The position numbers and the translations under genes are program-made. From contig JAHPZE010000041.1 in assembly GCA_019058365.1 (NCBI GenBank), forward strand, positions 1 to 28,534: DNA of 28,534 nucleotides. The letters are read 5' to 3'. Position 1 is the stretch's first letter. Each line of letters begins with the position of its first letter. The notes under the pieces are model-generated. The model made no database searches. It was not told the origin of the DNA and saw nothing but the letters and a program-made list of their open reading frames with translations. The stretch comes from Promethearchaeota archaeon (lineage in GTDB: Archaea; Asgardarchaeota; Lokiarchaeia; Sigyniarchaeales; SOKP01). Below are positions 1 to 9,108 of this stretch, in pieces.

Positions 1-1
1 T

Positions 2-55
2 CGGTATGCCGATCATGAGAAAATAGATAAAAAAAATAAAATACTTAAATACTGA
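2..55 (+). repeat. Left copy of a perfect 54-bp inverted repeat shared with the right end of the window
   Basis: cggtatgccgatcatgagaaaatagataaaaaaaataaaatacttaaatactga (2-55) is the exact reverse complement of 28481-28534. Looser similarity continues to about 90 and 28445. Confidence 0.97.
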
Positions 56-199
56 TAGAAAAAAAAATATAAAATTTGAATTAATATCGAGTTGCAGCAA
101 TACTACTCTGTCTCATAAGGTTACTTTAGAGATTATTTAAAACTAATATGAGACTTTAATTGTAAATAGATTGGTATAGATTAAATTTTATATTATATA

Positions 200-292
200 A
201 AATGTAGAGAGCTCGAAATGTCAAATTTTAACACACGAGCTCTCCCTCTGCTCGCCACTCTTCTCTCCCCGCATGTGATTCCACCCCTCCCT
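200..292 (-). ncRNA. Candidate structured small RNA or mini-ORF (GC-rich island)
   Basis: GC-rich island in AT-rich DNA. 9-bp stem gagagctcg (207-215)/cgagctctc (236-244). G-rich on the minus strand, with a TATA-like tataaactatata about 25-35 nt upstream. Also contains the SD-preceded 17-aa ORF 221-274 (MRGEKSGEQRESSCVKI). Confidence 0.35.
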
Positions 293-434
293 ATAATTAA
301 TATCACAAATATTTCATATATAGTTTATAGTACGAAACTTTGAACAAAATCTTGGACTAATTTTGGAACGTTAAGTATTAATAGATTTTAAAGTATTAAT
401 TAATTAGTATCTAAAATAAAATGTGAAATAGATC

Positions 435-2357
435 TTGTCTAATATTATTAATTATCCCCCAGAAGAGATTATTAAACCTATTTTTGGAAAGCCTAATTAT
501 GAATTTATCATTTTATGGATTTTAAATAACAATGAAGTTTGTACATGGGCAAACCTAAAAAATCAAGTCAAACATTCAACATTATCAATCTATCTAAAAA
601 GACTTAAGGAGCGGGGATATATTGAAAAAATCTCATTCAATAAATATAAAATAACATCGAAAGGGAAGGATAGATATTATGAGCTTTCTCAAGCAAGACA
701 GAAGAAGCGTAAATTAAGTTACCCTCCAAAAGTTATACGTAGAAGGAGGAATTACGACCACTGGATTCTGTGGATGGTATATAACAATAATTATTGCAAA
801 TGGTCTGATTTTCTTGAACCACCTTTATCGATCAACCAATCTTCTTTATCTAAAAACCTAAATTCATTACTAGATAAAGAATTTGTAAGGAAAGAAGAAA
901 AGGAATATAGAATTACTCGATTAGGTAAAACTGAATATTCAAATATGCTAAGACTATATGATTTAGACAGACAATCAGTCTTAGAGGAAGAAGGTAAACG
1001 GATTAAGGAAATCACCAAAAGGACAATCAACTTCTTCGAAGAGTATAAAATAAAAGATAATGATATTAAATTTCGGTTTTTAAATAATAAATTAAAACTA
1101 CCATATGAAAAAGTTAAATCTATTTTAGATAATGAAGATGAGTACGATAAAGTTTTACTGTATCTCTCTATCAATCATCCAAATAGATTTCCTCATTATG
1201 TATCACCAGAAGAGTTTTCTAAAAAGTATGACATCAACCAAGTTAAACTTAACTTTGTTATTCTTCGAATTGTGGAAGAAAATATCTTTCCAATAAAATT
1301 CTTTAAATTAGATTTAGCCGATGGAAAGATGTTCTATTTTCAAGTAAATGAAAAATTAGAAAGATTGCTTAATGCTATTGTTGAAGATCATATAACTAAA
1401 TTCTCATATTTAAATAATCTCTACGAAGAACAGCCGGGTGAAACATCACCGCTAACGATGGAAAATATAGTTTCAGCAATTTTGGATGATATTTGTGATA
1501 CGGTTTTCAATAATGGGTTAAGGGAATCATTAGAAGGTTTTCTCCCGGCCTATATTAATTATTTAGCTTATAAAATGGAGAGAGAGAGGAAATTATTAGA
1601 TACATATGATAAATTAGAAGGATTGATTTGGCAAGAAATCCAAATGAAATTTTTTGATCTAATCGAAGTTAATTATCCAATGAAAACAGATGAAGTTAAC
1701 AAAGTGCTTCGAGAGATAGATAAAACTATTAAATTGAATCCAAAAAAATCTGATTTATACTATTCGAAAAGTAAAATTTTAATAGATATAGGTGAATACA
1801 AGGAAGTATTAACAATTTTAGATAAGATGCTTAAGGATTTTCCTAAAGAAGAAAAGAACATTCAAATTAAAAGAGCATATGTTCTTAAAGAAATGAAAGA
1901 CACTGAATCAGGATTAGAAATTATCGATGCGTTACTTGAAAAATATCCAGATGACAATGATCTTCTTAACTATAAAGCTTCCTGGTTACAATATCTTAAT
2001 CATAAAGAAGAATCTTTAGAAACTATTCAATATCTTATAGAGCATGATCCGAATAACGCTACTTTTCATGATACATATGGTGAAATTCTTATGTACTTTA
2101 ATAATCATGAGCAAGCTATTGAGGAATTTCAAAAAGCCCTTGAAATAAGCAGTGGTGATTGGTATATGTACCAAACGTACATTAAATTAGGGATCTGTTA
2201 TAAGGAACTGGAAAAGTATGATTTGGCAACTGAATATCTTCAAAAAGGAATAGAATCTGCAGAACAATCAGCAGGTGATCAAGAAACAAAAACAAAATGG
2301 ATTCCATTTGCGAATCTATTCCTCAGAGAGATAGAACAACTAGAAGCCGAATTTTAA
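435..2357 (+). CDS. Tandem winged-helix (MarR/ArsR-like) + C-terminal TPR protein, putative regulator
   Basis: Two homologous wHTH units (IILWILNNN..STLSIYLKRLKERGYIEK..YKITSKGK and WILWMVYNNN..SSLSKNLNSLLDKEFVRK..YRITRLGK), then TPR motifs (DPNNATFHDTYGEILM..AIEEFQKALE; KLGICYKELEKYDLA). TTG start. Confidence 0.85.
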   Translation: MSNIINYPPEEIIKPIFGKPNYEFIILWILNNNEVCTWANLKNQVKHSTLSIYLKRLKERGYIEKISFNKYKITSKGKDRYYELSQARQKKRKLSYPPKVIRRRRNYDHWILWMVYNNNYCKWSDFLEPPLSINQSSLSKNLNSLLDKEFVRKEEKEYRITRLGKTEYSNMLRLYDLDRQSVLEEEGKRIKEITKRTINFFEEYKIKDNDIKFRFLNNKLKLPYEKVKSILDNEDEYDKVLLYLSINHPNRFPHYVSPEEFSKKYDINQVKLNFVILRIVEENIFPIKFFKLDLADGKMFYFQVNEKLERLLNAIVEDHITKFSYLNNLYEEQPGETSPLTMENIVSAILDDICDTVFNNGLRESLEGFLPAYINYLAYKMERERKLLDTYDKLEGLIWQEIQMKFFDLIEVNYPMKTDEVNKVLREIDKTIKLNPKKSDLYYSKSKILIDIGEYKEVLTILDKMLKDFPKEEKNIQIKRAYVLKEMKDTESGLEIIDALLEKYPDDNDLLNYKASWLQYLNHKEESLETIQYLIEHDPNNATFHDTYGEILMYFNNHEQAIEEFQKALEISSGDWYMYQTYIKLGICYKELEKYDLATEYLQKGIESAEQSAGDQETKTKWIPFANLFLREIEQLEAEF

Positions 2358-2376
2358 TCAAAAAAGAAAAAAAAAT

Positions 2377-4170
2377 TTAATTATTTTCTACTAGTTTTTC
2401 CAATTCATCTATTTTATCCGAGAGATATTTAATTCCTTTTTCCCAAAAGGTTGGATCATTTAAGTTAATGCTTATTTCAGCTAGCATCTCTTCAGGAGAA
2501 AGTGAAGATCCAAGCGAAAGCAACTTTAAATATTTAGGAATAAATTTCTCTTTCTGTTCGAGATACATTTGATAAATAGAAATTACTAACAGATTGGACA
2601 TGTTGTAAGCATAGACATAGAATGGAACGTTTAAGAAGTGCGGAACTACAAAAATATAGTTCGCATACTCTTCACGGATATTAGTCATAGAATTACCAAA
2701 CATTAATTCCATTTCTTTTACAAAGGCACCTTTGATTTCTTCTGTTGTAGGTAATTTTTTTTCTAATAATCCATGAATGGCTTTTTCAAATCTATAAAAA
2801 GCATTTTGTCTATGTGAAGTTCCAAAATTGGATTCAATAGTATTACATAATAACGAAATTTTTTCATCCTTAGACAAATCTGTATTCATTAAATAATCAG
2901 TTATTAACATTTCATTGAATACAGATGCTATTTCAGCGACTACGAGAGAAGTTTCTATATTTACAAAATTTTGTTCTCTTTGGATATAATATGCATGGAA
3001 AGCATGACCAAGTTCATGAGCTAAAGCACGTACTGAATCAACTGTCTCTACAAAATTAACAAAAACGAATCCATAATGTTTTTGTTTTCCATGCGCGCAA
3101 AAAGCGCCTCTGTTCTTTCCCCTTCTAGGAGTTGCATCAATATGATTTATTTCAACCATCTTCTCTATGATGGCTTTAAATTCAGGACTAAATTTTTCAT
3201 CAGAATCCTTTATTAACTCCAAAGCTTCTTGGTAAGAATATTTTCTTGTTATTTGTCCAATTGGAGCGTATAAGTCTGACATATGTAATTCAGGAAGGTT
3301 CAGAAGTTTTTTCTTTATGTTATAATATTTTTCAACTATTGGATAACTCTCTGTGGTAACTTTTCCACATACCTCAACACTCTCATCACTTAATTCATTT
3401 TCTAAATTTCTTCTTGATATAGGTTTTTTGAAATTTCTTTTAGCGCATTCTAAATCCCAATCTCTTAAGATATTGCTGTAAATATGGGTGAAAATTATCT
3501 CATTTTTCTTGTATTCTGCCACAATTTTTTGTAGAGCTTTGTATCGAAGATCCTTATTCTCTTGATACATATACGCAAAAAGTTCTGCTTCGGTTAGTTT
3601 CTTCAGTTCACCATCAACTTCAAAATCAAAAATGAAATTGCTTTTAAATTCACTATAAAGATTGAGAAAGCCTTTTACACCAGTCATATCCTTCAATAAA
3701 ATGATCTGTTCTTCTTTTTCTGAGAGTTGATGCTTTTGTTTCATTCTATTGAATTTAAGAGCATGAATGTAAGGTTTTAATTCCAGAGCTTTAATTAATT
3801 CTTCAAATTTACTATCAGAGATTTTATTTAGCTCCAAATTAAAAAATAAAAGCTTTTGTTGAATTTTCACTTTAAATTCATCAATTTTTGAATAGAAAGC
3901 TTTTACATCATCATTAAGATTATTTGTTCTTAATAATAATTCAGCAAACAAATCAAAGTAGAATGTTTTTTCTGACACTTTCTCATACTCCTTAAACCAT
4001 TCTAGAAGTTGTTTTGGTGTGAGTGAAGGGGCTTCTAACTTACCTTTGACATTGTGATGAAAGTCTTCTGCTAATTTTTCTATCTCTTGGATATCTGTTT
4101 CAATTAATGGATCATTGATATCTTTATAGAAGTCACTTAAATCCCATTTAATAATATCTTGTTGCATCAT
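2377..4170 (-). CDS. pepF: Oligoendopeptidase F (M3B family zinc peptidase)
   Basis: N-terminal WDLSDFY, RGKNRGAFC, HELGH zinc motif, AEIASVFNE, PHFL..PFYVYAY. The ATG at 4170/4167 is preferred over the TTG at 4188. Confidence 0.92.
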   Translation of the reverse strand: MMQQDIIKWDLSDFYKDINDPLIETDIQEIEKLAEDFHHNVKGKLEAPSLTPKQLLEWFKEYEKVSEKTFYFDLFAELLLRTNNLNDDVKAFYSKIDEFKVKIQQKLLFFNLELNKISDSKFEELIKALELKPYIHALKFNRMKQKHQLSEKEEQIILLKDMTGVKGFLNLYSEFKSNFIFDFEVDGELKKLTEAELFAYMYQENKDLRYKALQKIVAEYKKNEIIFTHIYSNILRDWDLECAKRNFKKPISRRNLENELSDESVEVCGKVTTESYPIVEKYYNIKKKLLNLPELHMSDLYAPIGQITRKYSYQEALELIKDSDEKFSPEFKAIIEKMVEINHIDATPRRGKNRGAFCAHGKQKHYGFVFVNFVETVDSVRALAHELGHAFHAYYIQREQNFVNIETSLVVAEIASVFNEMLITDYLMNTDLSKDEKISLLCNTIESNFGTSHRQNAFYRFEKAIHGLLEKKLPTTEEIKGAFVKEMELMFGNSMTNIREEYANYIFVVPHFLNVPFYVYAYNMSNLLVISIYQMYLEQKEKFIPKYLKLLSLGSSLSPEEMLAEISINLNDPTFWEKGIKYLSDKIDELEKLVENN

Positions 4171-4305
4171 AAGAGAGAAAGGAAGCAAATATTATTTGAA
4201 TTTTACTAGGATTTATCATGGGATTTGAAATTTTTAGTCTTCGAACTAAAAAATTTTTGTTATTAATTCAAAATACAAATAGGTTCATTACTTTTAATAT
4301 AATTA

Positions 4306-4782
4306 ATGAAGGATAGAAAAATACCATATAACCCCAACCTAACTAATCCTATCGATGAATATGCAGAAGTAAAGCTCAGTGATATTCATGGTTTAGGATT
4401 GTTTGCTAAAAAATTTATTCCAAAAGGTACGATATGGTGGCATGCACGCCCACAAGATGTATTAATTATTTCAAAAGATCAATTTTTAACTCTCAATTCA
4501 TCATATAGCACATCTCAAATGAAAGATTTTTTACATAATTTATTAATTTATTCCTATTATGAAAGAGATTCCGATTCACTAATTTTTTGTCTGGACAACT
4601 CCAGATATGTAAATCATTCTTTCGATGCTAATTCTGGTGCTTCCGAAGATGAAAACGGATTTTGTTCTGTAGCGTTAAGAGATATCCAACCAGGAGAAGA
4701 AATTATTGAAGACTACTCTAAATATACCTTTTGCAAATGGTTACAAAAATACAAAAACTACTTTGATCCTTGCTGTTGGTAA
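4306..4782 (+). CDS. SET-domain protein (putative lysine methyltransferase)
   Basis: SDIHGLGLFAKKFIPKG, RYVNHSFDAN and ALRDIQPGEEIIEDY match the SET signature motifs. Confidence 0.92.
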   Translation: MKDRKIPYNPNLTNPIDEYAEVKLSDIHGLGLFAKKFIPKGTIWWHARPQDVLIISKDQFLTLNSSYSTSQMKDFLHNLLIYSYYERDSDSLIFCLDNSRYVNHSFDANSGASEDENGFCSVALRDIQPGEEIIEDYSKYTFCKWLQKYKNYFDPCCW

Positions 4783-4820
4783 GGAGGTTTTTCTTTTAAA
4801 TCTAATTTTTTCTCATTTGA

Positions 4821-6341
4821 TTACTTCTTTCCTTTAAGATTAAGATTTATTTCTTCTACGTCTTCCTTATATGGTTTCACAGGTTTTAAATAATCAATTG
4901 GAGTATCACATACCCAACATACATTTTCTAAATTGGTTAACGCTCGCGCACAATTGTCACAATAAATCGCACCACACTCACAAATATATGAGAATCTTAA
5001 TACTTCACCTCTACATACTAAGCAAATATTCTTCTCTTTATGAATTGCTACTTTTTCTTCAGTTACAAAAGCGGGTAACATGGTCCGGTACTTAACAATT
5101 TCCTCAATATGTTCGTTTAAATGAGCCAGTTTTATACGTTCTTCCATTGGTGCCCCCATTTCCTTTAATTTTTCCCATATATCTGATTGATTTATTAAAT
5201 TAGATTGTTCATTAACGATTTTCTCTGCTAATTCTTTTTGCTCAAATCTCTCTGCTATTTTTTGAGCTTGAGTTAAAAATCTTTTAGCTTTCTTTATATC
5301 AACAATTAATAAATAAAGTTTCGCTTGCAAAAGGTAAGTCTCAGCTAAAATTACATATAGATGCTGACTTTCAGCAAGATTCAATAATTCTTGAATATAT
5401 GGCTGTATCTCATCTATTATTTCTGGATCATTAGTTATCCGAAGTTCAATTAAAAATAAATCACACAAATTTATAATGGATTCATACCGTTGTTCAATAG
5501 GTATAGTATTGTCAGTAGCTAATTCTTTAAAAATATCTTCTGATTTAATACGATCTCTTGCTCGCATACTTGATTTTAATATAAGAGCCTGATCTAAACG
5601 ATAAAGATATTTAAAACCTTTAATATCAGGTTTCTTTATAAGTTCACGGAATTGATCAAGGTAAACTTTCGCATCTTTAACATTTCCTATGTTAATATAA
5701 ATTTGAATTAAAGTCGATAATGGGTACGCCAAAGAAGGTTCATATTTAATCTTAACAGCTTCTTTAGCATACAATATTGCTTTATCATATTCTTTCAAAT
5801 GAAGATATTTGTCAGCAATATTATTAAGACTAGCAGCCATTGATGGTTTATCACTTATCTCTTTGGCAAGTTCATAAGATTTTTTATTAAGTTCTAAAGA
5901 ACGTTGAATTTCACCTTTAAAATAATGAATACTCGCTTTTATCCTTACAAAAAAAGATTCTCTTCTTCTAAGGTCTATTGTAAATGATTGTTTAATTATT
6001 TTAAATATTTCCTCTGCTTGGTTAATTATATCTGCACTTTGACTTAGACTTCCACTCATCATATAGGCAAATGCTTGAATCGTTAAAGCATCAAAAGATG
6101 CAAGTAAATCTCCTTGTTTTTGACTTTCTTGAAAAATATCAGCAGCACTTTTAAGGGCATCCAAAAAGTTTCCTGACATATATAAACATTTAGCTTTAAG
6201 AACTTTAATTGAGAGTAGTTCTTGAGGAGAAATATCATCTCTTTTTTCTAATTCTAAAACTATTTTTAGTGCTTCGTTAATCTTGCCTTTTCTTATTAAA
6301 TGGTCTGCTTGCTTTAATTCCTTAGATTCAGAATGAGCCAT
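4821..6341 (-). CDS. TPR-repeat protein with C-terminal C4C4 RING-like zinc finger
   Basis: Helical TPR-like repeats (ASLNNIADKYLHLKEYDKAILY; LAETYLLQAKL), then CLVC-x10-CEC-x4-CDNC-x10-CWVC. Confidence 0.85.
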   Translation of the reverse strand: MAHSESKELKQADHLIRKGKINEALKIVLELEKRDDISPQELLSIKVLKAKCLYMSGNFLDALKSAADIFQESQKQGDLLASFDALTIQAFAYMMSGSLSQSADIINQAEEIFKIIKQSFTIDLRRRESFFVRIKASIHYFKGEIQRSLELNKKSYELAKEISDKPSMAASLNNIADKYLHLKEYDKAILYAKEAVKIKYEPSLAYPLSTLIQIYINIGNVKDAKVYLDQFRELIKKPDIKGFKYLYRLDQALILKSSMRARDRIKSEDIFKELATDNTIPIEQRYESIINLCDLFLIELRITNDPEIIDEIQPYIQELLNLAESQHLYVILAETYLLQAKLYLLIVDIKKAKRFLTQAQKIAERFEQKELAEKIVNEQSNLINQSDIWEKLKEMGAPMEERIKLAHLNEHIEEIVKYRTMLPAFVTEEKVAIHKEKNICLVCRGEVLRFSYICECGAIYCDNCARALTNLENVCWVCDTPIDYLKPVKPYKEDVEEINLNLKGKK

Positions 6342-6632
6342 TTATTTGATAAATTTAATAGTGTTTTACAATTTTGGATCTATTTACTATTATAAGCTAA
6401 TAGCTATTTTAAATATAATGCAAAACCTTATTTCTGTATGAAATTAATAAAATATATTTATATACTGTTAAAGAAAATTTAAAAATCGTAGAGCTTTTTA
6501 TTAATGAGATAGATGAATTTCTCTGAATATAATGATAAAATAGCAAGTCTTAATCTTATGAGATTAAATATATAAACCTTTTCTAATTAGAAATCATTTC
6601 ATGTGTTCTCATTTTTAAAACATAATAAAATT

Positions 6633-8057
6633 TTATTGCACAATTAAAGCTGTCTTTCCTCTTAAATAAGAAAGAACTGCTCCAATTAAGCAAATTATAA
6701 TTGAAATTGTAAATGCGGCTAGCATTCCATTAACAAATTCAACTTTAATTAATGGTTCAATAATTATAGTTTTATGAGATAAAATTGGGTTTAGAATTGT
6801 TAATGGTATGAAAATGGTTAAAATTGCGCTTAGTAAAGCAACACTTATAGATTGGCCAATTACTCGCATAGTAGATAAAGTACCTGCAGCGATTCCGTGA
6901 TCTCTATTTTCTACTGAATTCATAATCGCAGACTGGTTTGGTGAAGAAAAAAGTCCAATACCTATTCCTACAAGAAATTGAGTCACAATTATAAAAATCA
7001 ATGGTAAGAAGGCAATAACTAAAATTAAAATAAAAAAACCAAGAGCCATAATAGTCATGCCTATTGTACATAAAATCCTAGTTCCATATTTATCTGATAA
7101 TCTACCACTAAAGGGTGAGGTTAACGCCATTGTTAATGATGTAGGGAGTAATAATAGAGCTGTTATAGCGGGAGGGATTTCTAGTATTATTTGTAGATAT
7201 ATTGATAATAAAAAGCTAACACCAGAAATTGCAATATAATTCAATAAAGCAGCAAAATTAGCAAATGAAAACAATCTATTGTTTTTGAATAATGAAAGTT
7301 TAAATAAAGGAAAAGTAACTTTACTTTCAGTAAAAATAAAGAGAATGAAGCTAAAAATTGATATTATAAATAATGTAATAACTGCAAATGAAAACCAACC
7401 AAAAGTATTTGCTATTGTGAGTCCTAAAAGCAAGGAAGCCAAAGCAAATCCAAAAACAATTGTTCCTTTAATATCAAAACTTTCTTGTTTTAACCCCAAA
7501 TTTGACTTTTCTAATTTGAACATTCCTATAGTAATGAGAATTATTCCTATAGGAATATTTATAATAAAAATACTTCTCCAACTAAAATATTGAACAAGAA
7601 ATCCCCCTAAAACAGGTCCAATAACTAAGCCTAGATAGATTGATGCTACATTAATTCCTAAAGCTTTTCCTGTTTCTTGACGGGGAAAAATATCTGTAAT
7701 CATTGCGGCGGCATTAGCTGATATAAATGAGCTCCCTATCCCTTGAATTGCTCGAAAAATAACTAATAGTTCGCCTGAATTTGCTAACATAGACAAAAAG
7801 CTTGAAAACGTAAAAAGGAATACTCCAAACAAATAGAAATTTTTTCTTCCTTTTAAATCAGATAATCTACCAAAACTAATCAATGTAATCGCCATTACTA
7901 ACAAATAAATGATTGGAATCCATTGAATAATTTCAAATGAACTACCTAAATCTAATGAAATCGAAGGAATGGCTATATTTACTATACTCGAGTCTAAAGA
8001 AGACATAAAGGTCCCAACAGTTATTATTGCTAATGTAGTCCATTTGTATTTGATCAT
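6633..8057 (-). CDS. MFS transporter, DHA2 (EmrB/QacA-like) family
   Basis: LDSSIVNIAIP, GRLSDLKGRK (motif A), FRAIQGIG, GPVLGGFL..WRSIFIINIPIG; about 14 hydrophobic segments. Confidence 0.93.
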   Translation of the reverse strand: MIKYKWTTLAIITVGTFMSSLDSSIVNIAIPSISLDLGSSFEIIQWIPIIYLLVMAITLISFGRLSDLKGRKNFYLFGVFLFTFSSFLSMLANSGELLVIFRAIQGIGSSFISANAAAMITDIFPRQETGKALGINVASIYLGLVIGPVLGGFLVQYFSWRSIFIINIPIGIILITIGMFKLEKSNLGLKQESFDIKGTIVFGFALASLLLGLTIANTFGWFSFAVITLFIISIFSFILFIFTESKVTFPLFKLSLFKNNRLFSFANFAALLNYIAISGVSFLLSIYLQIILEIPPAITALLLLPTSLTMALTSPFSGRLSDKYGTRILCTIGMTIMALGFFILILVIAFLPLIFIIVTQFLVGIGIGLFSSPNQSAIMNSVENRDHGIAAGTLSTMRVIGQSISVALLSAILTIFIPLTILNPILSHKTIIIEPLIKVEFVNGMLAAFTISIIICLIGAVLSYLRGKTALIVQ

Positions 8058-8335
8058 TTGATTGCCTTTTTTTTCTGTAAGTTAAAAAGTTGAAATCTTA
8101 TTATTTTAAATAATTTAATGACTTAGAAGTATTAACTAGTTATTTAAATTCTTTTTCTATTAAATTGTATTTTTTTTTAAGAGTTTTGAACTAGTTTTAT
8201 TCATAAATCCACCAAAATTATATACTACTTCTTTTTACACGCATCTGATCTATCTTTTATCTATTTCTTCTCTTAATTGTCAAATTATTTCAAAGAGTAG
8301 GTTATTAGAAAGATACAATTTATATTTTTTAAATG

Positions 8336-8580
8336 AAAATTGAATTGGAATTACTTCTAAAATATAAAACATTGTTTAAAATCGAATTTTTATCTCTATA
8401 ATGAGTAAAGAAGGTGAGTTACAATATCAAAATATAATAGAACAATTTCCTAACACAGCAACTATCGAAAATAAAATTACTCACATTAAAATTGAATTAA
8501 TTCAGGGGATTATTTTAGAAATTGATTATTCTAAATATCCTAAAAAACCAAAGGTTAAGCTTATTAATCAAACAGGGAAA
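8336..8580 (+). repeat. Direct repeat copy 1 (promoter + first 60 codons of the 10465 gene)
   Basis: 8401-8580 aligns without gaps to 10465-10644 with 12 mismatches in 180 nt (hand count). The upstream taaaatcgaatttttatctc is also shared. The left boundary is approximate. Confidence 0.93.
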
Positions 8581-9067
8581 ATTAGAGGGAATAATCTGGC
8601 AGGATATGATTAATTTATTTCAATCGCAGAGTTCTAGAGGTTTAAAAAATCAAGATAATGAAAAAGTTAGAAAGATTGATAAAGAAATTGAGTCTAATCC
8701 TGAAAATATCGATTTATACAATTCAAAAATATCAATTTTGCTCTATTATTCACAATTAGAAGAGGCGCTGAAATTATTAGATGAAATGTTAGAGATATTC
8801 TAAGAAAATGAGATTGATATTAAGATGAAAAAAGCATCAGTTCTTAGAAGAATGCGAGAGATTGAAAGTGGTTCAGACATCATCAATAAGTTGCTTGAAA
8901 AATATCAGGAGAATAATGATCTGCTTAATTATCAAGTTGTTTTTAGAGATCCTCTTGAAATATCAGAATATTTTTATTCATTTAGAAAAAAGTGGGATGA
9001 TTGTAAATATCGTATCTTTTCTAACCAATTCTCAAGCTACAGTGAACGTCTATCTTTAATAAAATAA
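8401..9067 (+). pseudogene. Chimeric pseudogene: 5' part of the UBC-like/JAB gene joined out of frame to an internal fragment of a wHTH-TPR paralog
   Basis: From about 8578 a second frame reads KLEGIIWQD..IDKEIESNPENIDLYNSK..LLDEMLEIF*ENEIDIKMKKASVL..LLEKYQENNDLLNY. This is colinear with KLEGLIWQE..IDKTIKLNPKKSDLYYSK..ILDKMLKDFPKEEKNIQIKRAYVL..LLEKYPDDNDLLNY of ORF 435-2357. In-frame TAA at 8801-8803. Confidence 0.88.
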
Positions 9068-9108
9068 AGAATTGAACCATCTCTAGAATAATATATGAAA
9101 TTTTAGAT

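Noticed and set aside
207-244. Hairpin as a SECIS element (GAA/A-like bulge on the + strand)
   Set aside because: There is no adjacent gene with a credible in-frame UGA, and the AUGA/GA core of eukaryote-like lokiarchaeal SECIS is not evident.
8801-8803. Stop-codon readthrough joining 8522-8803 and 8825-9067
   Set aside because: The stop is TAA at a Pro-equivalent position in a fragment that lacks its own N- and C-termini; pseudogenisation is simpler.
8935-9067. Minus-strand remnant resembling a small GTPase helix (DRRSL*LENWLEKIR)
   Set aside because: Too short and interrupted to support without a search.
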